A stretch of DNA of 64,000 bases from contig JAGGXI010000038.1 in NCBI GenBank assembly GCA_021163155.1, positions 7,731 to 71,730 of the forward strand, written 5' to 3'. Under the pieces are notes generated by a model, which saw nothing but the letters and a program-made list of their open reading frames with translations, did not search any database and had not been told where the DNA came from. Shown here piece after piece: positions 29,796-41,269 of this stretch. The stretch comes from Candidatus Aerophobota bacterium (GTDB lineage Bacteria > Aerophobota > Aerophobia > Aerophobales > JAGGXI01). The first letter of the stretch is position 1. Every line of letters begins with the position of its first letter. The position numbers were made by a program, and so were the translations under genes.

Positions 29796-30653
29796 ATGGA
29801 AGTAAAAAATACCGTATGTCTTAACTCTACTGGTAAACTTAAACGTGTTCTACTATGTAAGCCAAAATATTACAAGCTTCTTCCCATTAGTGATGTAGCT
29901 AGGGATCTCGCTGATAAAGGAGTTGAGCAGAACAGGAATGAGGCATTAAAGATACACAAGGAGTTAGAAAATGTTTTTATTGATTTGGGCACTGATATTA
30001 GCTGGGTGGAACCAACTGAAGGATTTGGATGGCAAATATCAACTAGAGATACAGGGGTTAATACGCCCAAGGGAATGTTAATAGGGAGATTTCGTTATGC
30101 TGAGCGCAAAGGAGAAGAGATTTGCGTAAGGAAAACATATGAGAAGTTAGGAGAAAAAGTAGTAGGGCAAATTACCAGGGGTTGTGTAGAAGGAGGTGAT
30201 TGTTTTTTAATAAATGAAAACACACTAATTATAGGAAATGGTAATCGCAGTACCTATTCTGGATTTAAGAATGCAAAAGAGATTTTGAATCCCTATGGAA
30301 TACGAGTTTTTGTTGTTGAATTTCTTTCTAAGTGGAATCACTTAGACATGATTTTTTCACCTGTTGCTGAAAAATTAGCATTAGTTTGTGAAGATGCGGT
30401 CCCAGATTATCTAATTGGGCTTCTTGATGCACTTGGATGGGAGATTATAAGGCTTCCAGGTGAATATGCATTTAAGGGTGAGATTAACATGGCTGCTCTT
30501 GGAGATGGAAAAGTACTTTCATTTCGAGGAAACAGGATTAACAAGATGCTTAAAGCAAGAGGATTAGAGGTTTATGATCCAGAGTTTAGCTTTTTTGTGG
30601 CTGCTGGTATTGGACCGCATTGTGCGACTCTTGAGCTAGAAAGGGAGCCTTAA
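29796..30653 (+). CDS. Amidinotransferase/DDAH/arginine-deiminase (pentein) family guanidino hydrolase
   Basis: TRD, R.GE, EGGD, HLD and C-terminal GPHCAT (Cys-His-Asp triad). Confidence 0.88.
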   Translation: MEVKNTVCLNSTGKLKRVLLCKPKYYKLLPISDVARDLADKGVEQNRNEALKIHKELENVFIDLGTDISWVEPTEGFGWQISTRDTGVNTPKGMLIGRFRYAERKGEEICVRKTYEKLGEKVVGQITRGCVEGGDCFLINENTLIIGNGNRSTYSGFKNAKEILNPYGIRVFVVEFLSKWNHLDMIFSPVAEKLALVCEDAVPDYLIGLLDALGWEIIRLPGEYAFKGEINMAALGDGKVLSFRGNRINKMLKARGLEVYDPEFSFFVAAGIGPHCATLELEREP

Positions 30654-30732
30654 ATTTGGTTTCATAATTGTTCTGATATATTTCTATAACCTCAATATAA
30701 AATTTGAAATTAAAGATTGAGAGGTATTTAGT

Positions 30733-31746
30733 ATGGAAAGAAAGGAAATTTCGAATTTAAATAATTTAATTTGGTTGTTAGATGATGTTTTTGATTCACA
30801 TTTAATAGAAAAGATAAGGGAGATTTTAAATAAACATGGTTACAATTTGATTACTACGAGGGGTAACAATTTTGAGCATGATTACACTAAATATGCTAAG
30901 AGTGTAAAAGGTATTTTACTACAGGTTGGTTTTCCATTAGGTGAAGAGGCCATAAAAGGACTAAAATCTTGTAAGATTATAGCGGTTACCGGTATAGGTA
31001 TTGATGATCTTGATATAAATGCAGCTACAAAATATAGGGTTGTTGTTACTAATGTGCCTGTTTTTTGTGTTGATGAAGTTTCTGATCATGCTTTAGCTCT
31101 AATTTTAGCACTTAATAGGCGATTACCAGATTGTCAAAATATGACTAAAAGTGGTTTATGGGACGCTGTTAATCTTAAATCCATAAGAAGACTCAAAGGC
31201 CAGGTTCTTGGAATAATTGGATTTGGTAAAATTGGAAAATTAGTTGCTAAAAAGGCAAAATGTTTTGGTTTACAAGTTAAAGTATATGATCCATATATAT
31301 CTAAATCAGAAGTTAACAGCTTAAAAATCAAAGATGTAGGGTTTGATGAATTAATAAGCACTGCTGATTACATCTCTTTACATTTACCTCTAAATAAAGA
31401 AACATATCATATGATAAATTCAAAGTTTTTTAACTCTATGAAAAAAACAGCTTATCTAATAAATGTTTCTAGAGGGGAAATAATAGATGAATCTGCATTG
31501 ATAAATGCATTGAAAACAGAAAGAATTGCAGGAGCTAGTCTGGATGTTTTATCTCATGAACCTCCTGAAATAACTAATCCATTACTATCAATGAAAAATG
31601 TTATAGTTACTCCTCATTCAGCGTTTATTTCTGAAGATTCATTGAAGAATCTCATAGAGATTTCCACAAAATCTATTATTGACTTTTTTGAAGGGAAGAA
31701 ACCTGAAAATATTATTAATCCTCAGGTTTTAAAAAATTATAGATGA
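30733..31746 (+). CDS. D-isomer-specific 2-hydroxyacid dehydrogenase
   Basis: GIIGFGKIG, YDPY, LH.PL..ET, IN.SRG.I.DE.AL, LDV...EP, TPHSAF. Confidence 0.92.
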   Translation: MERKEISNLNNLIWLLDDVFDSHLIEKIREILNKHGYNLITTRGNNFEHDYTKYAKSVKGILLQVGFPLGEEAIKGLKSCKIIAVTGIGIDDLDINAATKYRVVVTNVPVFCVDEVSDHALALILALNRRLPDCQNMTKSGLWDAVNLKSIRRLKGQVLGIIGFGKIGKLVAKKAKCFGLQVKVYDPYISKSEVNSLKIKDVGFDELISTADYISLHLPLNKETYHMINSKFFNSMKKTAYLINVSRGEIIDESALINALKTERIAGASLDVLSHEPPEITNPLLSMKNVIVTPHSAFISEDSLKNLIEISTKSIIDFFEGKKPENIINPQVLKNYR

Positions 31747-31869
31747 ACCCAGATTCGGCAAACTGTTAGAGCGCTTAGTCTGAGTAGAGGAGGCCAATAA
31801 ATTTCTTCCGCTCCCTTGAGGTGAGGATTGTGTTTTAGCTAATATTATTCAAATTGCTGAATCCAGGTT
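31746..31869 (+). mobile_element. Short family A MITE-like copy with both ends
   Basis: AACCCAGATTCGGCAA ... TTGCTGAATCCAGGTT imperfect TIR; abuts the dehydrogenase stop codon. Confidence 0.75.
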
Positions 31870-31913
31870 TAAGAATTTACCCGGCATTTAGAGATAAATC
31901 AAAGTAGTCAAAT

Positions 31914-32213
31914 TTAAAATGAAGACGTGTTATGTTCTCCGAGTTTAGTTAATTTATCTATTAATTTTCTTAACTTTTTAGGAAATGCTTTTATAAACTT
32001 CTCTGCTTTCCGGGTAGCTACTGCTCCCTGTAGGGATGGCTTAATTAAATCTTGCTCTTCTAAAATTCTCAAAGAGTATCTAACTTTATGTTGTGGACAA
32101 CCACTCAATTCGGATAACTTTATAATGCCAATAGGACTATTCTCAATAACAAATTTTAAAATGGTAATATGTCTTCCTAATAATTCTACTTCCTCATTAA
32201 GTTTACTTAACAT
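31914..32213 (-). CDS. Small winged-helix protein resembling the archaeal COG3388 predicted regulators
   Basis: EVELL.RH..IL..V.EN.PIGI.KLS...G.P.HKVRYSLR.LE...LI.PS..GA; GGGGG RBS. Confidence 0.7.
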   Translation of the reverse strand: MLSKLNEEVELLGRHITILKFVIENSPIGIIKLSELSGCPQHKVRYSLRILEEQDLIKPSLQGAVATRKAEKFIKAFPKKLRKLIDKLTKLGEHNTSSF

Positions 32214-32307
32214 TGCTTATCCCCCCTTCCATCAAAGTTAATTGAGGTTAATAATATCCCCTGCCCTCCTACTAATAAAATATTGGTTACTTTATTTATT
32301 ATAGTTC

Positions 32308-32383
32308 AACCCAGATAAGGTAATCGGGAGGTTAAAACCTCCCTTACCCAGGTCCGTCAACTTAACACTACTGAATCTGAGTT
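32308..32383. repeat. Family A repeat copy
   Basis: AACCCAGAT...GGGAGGTTAAAACCTCCC hairpin...CTGAATCTGAGTT. Confidence 0.65.
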
Positions 32384-32506
32384 CGATTTTCCTAATTGAT
32401 AGTCGCAAGACTCAGAACCTTTAAATAGTCTATAGCTATGGCTGAATCATCGCAGGCTTTAGCCTCTCACATCTCACGTTTCACCTCTTACGCATCACTT
32501 TTTTAT

Positions 32507-33079
32507 TTACCCTTTTAATCCTTTAATCCTATTCTTACGCAACCTAAAGGAGTTTAGCTGTTGGATATAAATCTCTCGTATATGCTCAAAAATCTCAAGA
32601 TATTCAGGGCTTCTATAGTCGGGGTAGGTCCATTCCCATGGAGCAAATCCCTTTTTTCTTCTGTATCTGAGGGTAACCTCAGCATAAATTCCTTTGCCAA
32701 GATAAAGACGGTGTTGATAATTCTTTGTTGTAGCCATAACTACCTTAGCAAGGGTGAGATAACCAGGGTCAAGGTTTAAATGGCGAGTATGAGAATAGGG
32801 ATAAAAAAATTTTTTCTCAAGTTCATTAGTGAATAATTTAGCTTCTATAATTTCTTCGGGACTAATTAATCTTTTAAAGCTGATAAATTTTCTCTTTAAC
32901 TTTTCACCCATCTCCTTTTTGTAGTAGGGGGTAAAATTAAAAAGCAAAACAGAACTCTTAAAATCGATGGGGCCGAATTTCTGACTCATCATATCCTCTG
33001 CTTGAGAAAATAAATCTTTTTCACTGGAAAGCATACCTACAATTAACTTCACTGAAATAGGTTGTTTGACTTTTCCCAC
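32507..33079 (-). CDS. DUF4416 family protein
   Basis: FGPID, T.YY..EMG..L.R.F..F, NLDPGY, ATTKNY.HR.YL..GIYAEVTL, WTYPDY. Confidence 0.85.
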   Translation of the reverse strand: MGKVKQPISVKLIVGMLSSEKDLFSQAEDMMSQKFGPIDFKSSVLLFNFTPYYKKEMGEKLKRKFISFKRLISPEEIIEAKLFTNELEKKFFYPYSHTRHLNLDPGYLTLAKVVMATTKNYQHRLYLGKGIYAEVTLRYRRKKGFAPWEWTYPDYRSPEYLEIFEHIREIYIQQLNSFRLRKNRIKGLKG

Positions 33080-33092
33080 AACTTACTTCCCA

Positions 33093-34091
33093 CTATTTTA
33101 TTACTAAAATTAAAAAATATCCTCCAATAGCAAGAGTCACTATCATCGCTATAGCATCATAACCCAATTTTAAAAAAGACTTGCGAGATCTATAAATCAA
33201 CCCTACTATTACTATAGCAGTGAGAATTATACCCAGGATAGCGGTAATTAAATGATTAATAGAGATATATCCTAAGAGTTCACCCTTCCGAAAGAAAAGG
33301 TCACACACAGGGATAATCATCATATCAAGAAAATTTGCTCCTAAGATATTTCCTATGGACATATCAAGAGAAAACTTAAGACTGCTTATGGAAATCACTA
33401 ATTCCGGTAGAGAAGTAGCCACAGCAAGAAAACTTGTCCCCACCAATGTCTCACTTAAACTCATTACCTTTGCTATATCTTCTCCAATTGTAGAGAGCCA
33501 TATTCCCAAAAAAACAATAGCAATAAAGCATAAGGAAAACTTTATAATTAGAGGAGCTAATCTATTTCTTTCTTCTTTTTTTCCAAAAGAAGAAATCTTT
33601 TTGTTTCTTTTATCATACTGGAATACAAGTATCAACCCTATAATGTAGATAAGGAGAATAATGAGGCTATCCAACCCAAATCCAAAAATACCTAATTTAA
33701 TATTTGACTGAAATCTAATAAGGATAAAGAATGAAATAATTCCAAGGGAAATTATGCATAAACCACTGGGGAGAATATGGTTTATCTCCACTCCCTTTAA
33801 TAAAGGGCCTTTACCCTGAATTAAATCTAAGAGGGCTATAATCATTAAATTTGCAACAATGGAACCAAAAATATTACCTACAGCTAAATTAGGAGAGCCA
33901 ACAACAGTTATTGAACTAACACTGGTAACAAACTCAGGAAGGGTGGTAGCTAAGGCTAAAAAGAAAAAACCCATTAAACCTCTTGTAATATTAGTCTTTG
34001 CACAGATGGCGTCCGCATATAAAGATAATCTATACCCTACAAAAAGAATGAGCAAAGCACAAATAAAAAATTTTAACCAGATAAATATCAA
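33093..34091 (-). CDS. Sodium/calcium (CaCA) exchanger family membrane protein
   Basis: Two alpha repeats LA.ATTLPE...GN.FGS..AN and LA.ATSLPE...GN.LGAN. Confidence 0.88.
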   Translation of the reverse strand: MIFIWLKFFICALLILFVGYRLSLYADAICAKTNITRGLMGFFFLALATTLPEFVTSVSSITVVGSPNLAVGNIFGSIVANLMIIALLDLIQGKGPLLKGVEINHILPSGLCIISLGIISFFILIRFQSNIKLGIFGFGLDSLIILLIYIIGLILVFQYDKRNKKISSFGKKEERNRLAPLIIKFSLCFIAIVFLGIWLSTIGEDIAKVMSLSETLVGTSFLAVATSLPELVISISSLKFSLDMSIGNILGANFLDMMIIPVCDLFFRKGELLGYISINHLITAILGIILTAIVIVGLIYRSRKSFLKLGYDAIAMIVTLAIGGYFLILVIK

Positions 34092-34100
34092 TCTATTTCC

Positions 34101-35024
34101 TTAATTTATGTTAATGGTTCCTATTAACTCCCTAAAATTGCCAATCCCTTTTTTATTTAAGTACTCTCTAATCCCCTCCTTCACCTTGAAGGGAGTTTGA
34201 GGGTCCACAAAATTTGCTGTTCCTATAGCTATTGCACTTGCCCCGGCAAGGATAAATTCTAAAGCATCTTCTGTACTCATAATTCCCCCCATTCCAATTA
34301 TAGGTAAACCTACTTTTTGAAATACTTGCCAAACCATCCTTACAGCAACAGGCTTTATCGCTGGCCCAGAAAGCCCTCCGGTAATATTACCTAATTTTGG
34401 TTTTCTTGTCTCTACATCAATAGCCATACCCCATAATGTATTTATCAAGGATAAAGCATCTGCTCCTCCTTCTTTGGCGGCCTGAGCAATTTCTACAATA
34501 TCAGTTACATTAGGAGTAAGTTTAACTATAAGAGGAAAATCAACAACATTTTTTAAGCCCTTAACCAAAGAAAAGACTAATTTTGGTTTGGTGCCTAAAA
34601 TAAACCCCCCTTTTAGGACATTAGGGCAGGATATATTAACCTCTAAGCCATCAATCCCTTCTAAGTGACTTAATCTTTGCCCAAGATGGAAATAATCCTC
34701 CTCATCTTCTCCACCAATACTTACAATTATCCTTGTATTTAGTTTTTGCAAAAAGGGGAATTTTGTCTTTATAAATACTTCTACGCCGGGATTTTCTAAT
34801 CCAATAGCATTTAAAAGGCCGCAAGGGGTTTCTGCCAGGCGAGGAGGCAAATTTCCTTCTCTTGGTTCCATGGTTACCGTCTTAGTTACTATACCCCCTA
34901 ATTCATTAATATCTATTAACTGAGAATACTCTTCTCCAAAACCAAATGTCCCTCCAGCAACCAAAACAGGATTTCCAAAATTAATCCCCCCAATTTCGAT
35001 TCTTAAACTTTCATCCTCTTTCAC
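34101..35024 (-). CDS. pyrD: Dihydroorotate dehydrogenase catalytic subunit, family 1B-type
   Basis: GTFGFG, NAIGL.NPG, EVNISCPNV, VKLTPNVTDI, INTL, GGLSGPAIKPVA. Confidence 0.93.
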   Translation of the reverse strand: MKEDESLRIEIGGINFGNPVLVAGGTFGFGEEYSQLIDINELGGIVTKTVTMEPREGNLPPRLAETPCGLLNAIGLENPGVEVFIKTKFPFLQKLNTRIIVSIGGEDEEDYFHLGQRLSHLEGIDGLEVNISCPNVLKGGFILGTKPKLVFSLVKGLKNVVDFPLIVKLTPNVTDIVEIAQAAKEGGADALSLINTLWGMAIDVETRKPKLGNITGGLSGPAIKPVAVRMVWQVFQKVGLPIIGMGGIMSTEDALEFILAGASAIAIGTANFVDPQTPFKVKEGIREYLNKKGIGNFRELIGTININ

Positions 35025-35827
35025 TCATTCATTCCTATTTCTACTATTACATCTCGGGGACATTTTTGGGCACATACACCACAACCCTGGCAATTTCTCT
35101 CATCTATATAAGGAAGCCCATTTATCATATGGCAAGCATCGAAAGGACAAATTCTTTCACAAATCCCACAGCCTATACAAGATTTTAGACAAATCTCCCG
35201 TGCCTTCTTCCCTTTATCCAAAGAAGCACAAGCTATTTTATATTGAACATCTCTATTTAGAATTTCTAAGGAGATTAAATTTCTCGGACAAGCTTTTACA
35301 CAACTTCCGCATCCAGTACATTTAACAATATCAATCTCTGGCAAGCCTTTCACCATAGTGATAGCATCAAAAAGGCAAGCATCTTCGCAATCTCCATAGC
35401 CAAGACAACCATAACAGCATGCTAAATCCGCTCCTAAAATCATATCTGCTGCACTACATTTTTTGATACCTTCATAATCTGCCTTTTTCATCTTTTCGCC
35501 ATTATGGGCTCTACAATGAACAAAAGCTATTTTTTTCTCTGTTGATTTTAGCTCTACTCCCATTATTTTAGCTATTCCCTGAGCAATACTTTCCCCTCCA
35601 ACTACGCAGGCATTAATAGAAGCATTCCCCTTAACAATCTCTTCCGCATAATTACGGCAACTCGCATGTCCACAACCACCACAATTAGCTCCAGGGAGAG
35701 CTTCCAAAATTTTCTCTATCTTAGGGTCCTCCTCAATCTTAAATTTTACATTAGCAATAGATAAAATAAAAGCAAAAAGAGCTCCTAAACCTCCCATTGT
35801 AGCAACAGAAATTAAAATTAAATTCAT
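35021..35827 (-). CDS. rnfB: Rnf electron transport complex subunit B (polyferredoxin)
   Basis: N-terminal TM, LPGANCGGCG...C, C.YGCLGYGDC...C and further CxxCxxCxxxCP motifs. Confidence 0.92.
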   Translation of the reverse strand: MNLILISVATMGGLGALFAFILSIANVKFKIEEDPKIEKILEALPGANCGGCGHASCRNYAEEIVKGNASINACVVGGESIAQGIAKIMGVELKSTEKKIAFVHCRAHNGEKMKKADYEGIKKCSAADMILGADLACCYGCLGYGDCEDACLFDAITMVKGLPEIDIVKCTGCGSCVKACPRNLISLEILNRDVQYKIACASLDKGKKAREICLKSCIGCGICERICPFDACHMINGLPYIDERNCQGCGVCAQKCPRDVIVEIGMNE

Positions 35828-35847
35828 TTTTTCTCCCCAACTTTATA

Positions 35848-38021
<2,174 letters not shown>

Positions 38022-38177
38022 TTACCTGTTTTCCCAATTTTCTCACTCCGCCAGTGTAAAATTATCTCATGGTTCATAGCAAATTCAAAACAAAGTTTAA
38101 ATTACCTCATCGTTTATGTGGAAGCAAAATCTTGTATCCGCTGTTAGACAAAACAGTAATATCATTATCTTTTCATT

Positions 38178-38495
38178 TTATTTATTGAAGTATTCTCTTT
38201 GTATTACAGCCTGGGAAATTTTACTGCTAGGGCCATCTCCTCTGGCAACATTAACAGATACTTTGCCCTCTAGTGCCTGAAATATCTCTGATACATCACT
38301 ATGTGTAAAGCCAGGACAAAGTATAATTGCATCTATTTTCTCTTTTTCATAGATACTTTTAGAAACTTTTATTGCTTCGTCTTGAGTCTTCACAACAAAT
38401 GTTAAAAGTCTATACTTCCCTGTATCAATAATACTTTTATGTTTTTCATAATCTGCATCAGGTGCATGTGCTAGAAATAACGCCTTAAAAGCCAT
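38178..38495 (-). CDS. DUF6506-like small protein
   Basis: F.F.APDAD...H......, AI.LCPGF; GGGGG RBS. Confidence 0.65.
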   Translation of the reverse strand: MAFKALFLAHAPDADYEKHKSIIDTGKYRLLTFVVKTQDEAIKVSKSIYEKEKIDAIILCPGFTHSDVSEIFQALEGKVSVNVARGDGPSSKISQAVIQREYFNK

Positions 38496-38524
38496 AATTT
38501 ACCCCCTTTTTTATTTTGAATTTC

Positions 38525-38630
38525 AACCTGCATTCGGTAAACTGTTAGAGTAATTAGGCTGGGTAGGGAAGGCCAATAAACCTCTTTTCCTCATTTACTC
38601 ATCCACCCATTTACCCATCTGCCCAGAGTT
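38525..38630 (+). repeat. Family A repeat copy fused to an 8-mer (TTACCCAT-like) array
   Basis: AACCTGCATTCGGTAAACTGTTAGAG...GGGTAGGGAAGGCCAATAAACC matches 31746 and 27561. Confidence 0.65.
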
Positions 38631-38634
38631 AATT

Positions 38635-39699
38635 CTAATAATTTCTTATACAATCAAGTAAAACTTTAGCTACCTCTTTTTCCTTAATTTTTCTTACTAC
38701 CTTCCCCTTTTTAAAAAGAATAGCTTCTCTTTTTCCGCAAACTACCCCTATATCTGCTCTCTTAGCTTCTGCAGGACCGTTAACTTCGCAACCCATAATA
38801 GCCACTTTTAAAGGAATCTTAATATCCTCAATTCCTAAAAGAACATCATTAACAATAGAAAACATATCTACTTTGCATCTTCCACAGGTAGGACAGGAGA
38901 TTAGAAGAGGAGTTTCTTTATATAAATTAAGACAATGTAAAATTTCGTAAGCTATCCTCACTTCCTCTACAGGGTCTGCAGTTAAAGAGACTCTAATAGT
39001 ATCCCCGATTCCTTGAGCAAGAAGAGTCCCAATCCCTATAGATGCCTTCACTACGCCCTGTGGAGGAGGACCCGCAGCAGTTACCCCTAAATGAAGAGGA
39101 TAAATGGTCTTCTTCGCAATAAGTTGATAAGAAAAAATACTGGCAAAAACATCGTGAGATTTCAGGGAAATAATAATGTTTAAAAAACCATTTTCCTCTA
39201 ACAATCTCACGGTTTCCAGTGCACTTTCTACCATAGCTTTAGCTATTATTTGAGGATTATTTCCCTGAGTTTTAATTTTCTGATCTAATTTTTTTTGCAA
39301 AGAACCTTCATTAACTCCTACCCGTAAAGGCATCCCTTCCTTTTCCGCTCTATCTGCTATAGATAATATCTCTTTTTTACTTATATTTCCCGGATTAATC
39401 CTTACCTTATCAATTCCTCTTTCTATAGCTTCCAAAGCTAATTTATAATTAAAATGAATATCAGCTATTAAAGGGACTTCTACTTTATCCTTAATTTGAG
39501 ATATAGCTTTAGCTGCTCTTGCCGTGGGGACAGCCACTCTTACCATCTTAGCTCCTGCTCTCTCAAGTTGCTGAATCTGTTTCACAGTAGCTGTTACATC
39601 CTCTGTATCTGTCTTAGTCATCCCTTGCACTACTATTGGATTACCAGCGCCGATATTTACCTTCCCCACCTTAATTAACTTACTTTTTCTCTTTTCCAT
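38635..39699 (-). CDS. ispG: (E)-4-hydroxy-3-methylbut-2-enyl-diphosphate synthase
   Basis: ADIHF, RINPGN, RVGVN.GS, YPLHLGVT.AG, GIGDTIRVSL, CPTCGR...MGC.VNGP. Confidence 0.96.
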   Translation of the reverse strand: MEKRKSKLIKVGKVNIGAGNPIVVQGMTKTDTEDVTATVKQIQQLERAGAKMVRVAVPTARAAKAISQIKDKVEVPLIADIHFNYKLALEAIERGIDKVRINPGNISKKEILSIADRAEKEGMPLRVGVNEGSLQKKLDQKIKTQGNNPQIIAKAMVESALETVRLLEENGFLNIIISLKSHDVFASIFSYQLIAKKTIYPLHLGVTAAGPPPQGVVKASIGIGTLLAQGIGDTIRVSLTADPVEEVRIAYEILHCLNLYKETPLLISCPTCGRCKVDMFSIVNDVLLGIEDIKIPLKVAIMGCEVNGPAEAKRADIGVVCGKREAILFKKGKVVRKIKEKEVAKVLLDCIRNY

Positions 39700-39732
39700 T
39701 CCTCTTTAATCATTATAAAAATAAGATAGAAT

Positions 39733-39757
39733 GAGGCCAGGTCTTATAGCCTGGCCC
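39733..39757 (-). terminator. Hairpin downstream of the ferredoxin gene
   Basis: GGCCAGG-N8-CCTGGCC stem with a T-rich tail on the minus strand. Confidence 0.45.
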
Positions 39758-39767
39758 ACTCTTAAGG

Positions 39768-39953
39768 TTACTCTTCTTCTAAGGTGATAGCCTCCGAAGG
39801 ACAAGATTCTACACAAATGCCACATTCATCACAGTCATCAGGCCTAACCAAAGTAGCCACATCATCCACTAATTCGAGACAATTATTTGGACACTCATCA
39901 ACGCAAATCTCGCATCCTGTGCATACACTCTCATCAATAATAGGTTTCCCCAT
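39768..39953 (-). CDS. 2x[4Fe-4S] ferredoxin
   Basis: CTGCEICVDECP and CDECGICVESCP; AGGAGGT RBS. Confidence 0.92.
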   Translation of the reverse strand: MGKPIIDESVCTGCEICVDECPNNCLELVDDVATLVRPDDCDECGICVESCPSEAITLEEE

Positions 39954-39992
39954 TACCCACCTCCTATTGTAATATTTATATTTTTGCTTTCT

Positions 39993-40829
39993 TTAAAAGA
40001 AAGCAAAATCAAGAATCTCCATTAATATTGGCCTAATCTTTTTTCTTTCCACTATTAAATCGATCATCCCATGTTTCAATAAAGATTCTGATTTTTGAAA
40101 TCCATGAGGAATCTGTTGTTTGATGGTCTGTTTTATAACACGGGGACCAGCGAATCCTAAAAGAGCTCCAGGCTCTGCCAGAATAATGTCTCCTTGACCA
40201 GCAAAGCTTGCCATTACTCCTCCCATTGTAGGATGAGTAAGAAGAGAGATATAAAGCAATCCTTCACTTTTGAATCTAGCTATAGCGGCACTTGTCTTTG
40301 CCATTTGCATTAAGGAAAATAATCCCTCCTGCATTCTCGCTCCCCCTCCCGAACCAGAAATAATTAGAAGAGGATATCTTTTCTCCATAGCCTTCTCTAT
40401 AGAGAGGGTTACTCTCTCCCCCATCACTGACCCCATACTTCCCCCCATAAAGTTAAAATCGGTAACTACAACTGTTATTGCCCGACCGCCGATTTCCCCT
40501 TCTCCAGCTATAAGAGCCTCATCTAAACCTGTCCTTTCTCTACTTTTCTTTAACTTTTCTACATATTGAGGAAAGTTGAGAGGATCATCTGAATTCATCT
40601 GAAAATCATATTCTATAAAACTATTTTTATCTAAGATAATTTTTAGCCTCTCTTTAGCTCCTATACAAAAATGATAACCACATTTAGGGCAAACCTTCAT
40701 ATTGTTCTTTAAATTTTTGTTATAAATAATCTGGTGGCAATTATCACATTTAGTCCATAAACCATCAGGAATATCTATCTTTTTCTTACCTTTCTTTATT
40801 TTATTATAGGTACTTTCAAACCAGCCCAT
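39993..40829 (-). CDS. accD: Acetyl-CoA carboxylase carboxyltransferase beta subunit
   Basis: W.KC..C...VCPKC zinc ribbon, FMGGSMG, GGARMQEG..SLMQMAKTS, FAGPRVI.QT. Confidence 0.96.
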   Translation of the reverse strand: MGWFESTYNKIKKGKKKIDIPDGLWTKCDNCHQIIYNKNLKNNMKVCPKCGYHFCIGAKERLKIILDKNSFIEYDFQMNSDDPLNFPQYVEKLKKSRERTGLDEALIAGEGEIGGRAITVVVTDFNFMGGSMGSVMGERVTLSIEKAMEKRYPLLIISGSGGGARMQEGLFSLMQMAKTSAAIARFKSEGLLYISLLTHPTMGGVMASFAGQGDIILAEPGALLGFAGPRVIKQTIKQQIPHGFQKSESLLKHGMIDLIVERKKIRPILMEILDFAFF

Positions 40830-40924
40830 AATATTATACTCCCAAACTATTAAATTTTAGATCCTAAAAAATATCTAATTGAGGTGATCTAAAAACTTCT
40901 TTCACTCTATTTTTAACCTACTTC

Positions 40925-41069
40925 AACCCCCAAAATTTTAGACAACCCACTTGTGGGTAGACTAATCGCCCTTTATAAAACAAGAGTTAAAAAGCGATTG
41001 GGAGGCTAAAGCCTCCCCCTACCCAGGTGGAGAACTTTAATGAGCTCATCTAATTACCAAACAAGAGTT
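40925..41069. repeat. Family A repeat copy
   Basis: CTAATCGCC...AAACAAGAGTTA...ATTGGGAGGCTAAAGCCTCCCC.TACCC shared with 12850-12915. Confidence 0.7.
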
Positions 41070-41149
41070 GTTTTAGAATTTGTTTAGGGTTTAGTATTTT
41101 AATTTAATTTAATTTATATACTAATTTAAAATTGTCAAAATTTTTTAAG

Positions 41150-41268
41150 GAGGCCTTTCTTACACAGATTATTAAAAATGATTACAGCAATTTAACAAGG
41201 ATAATCTAATTTGTGTAATTTGGACTTCTATCTGCGAAATTAAAGATTTATCCCTTTAGAAAGAATTC
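41150..41268 (-). repeat. Family B repeat copy (inverted)
   Basis: TGTGTAATTTGGACTTCTATCTGCGAAAT is the reverse complement of the core at 42535-42565. Confidence 0.7.
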
Positions 41269-41269
41269 T

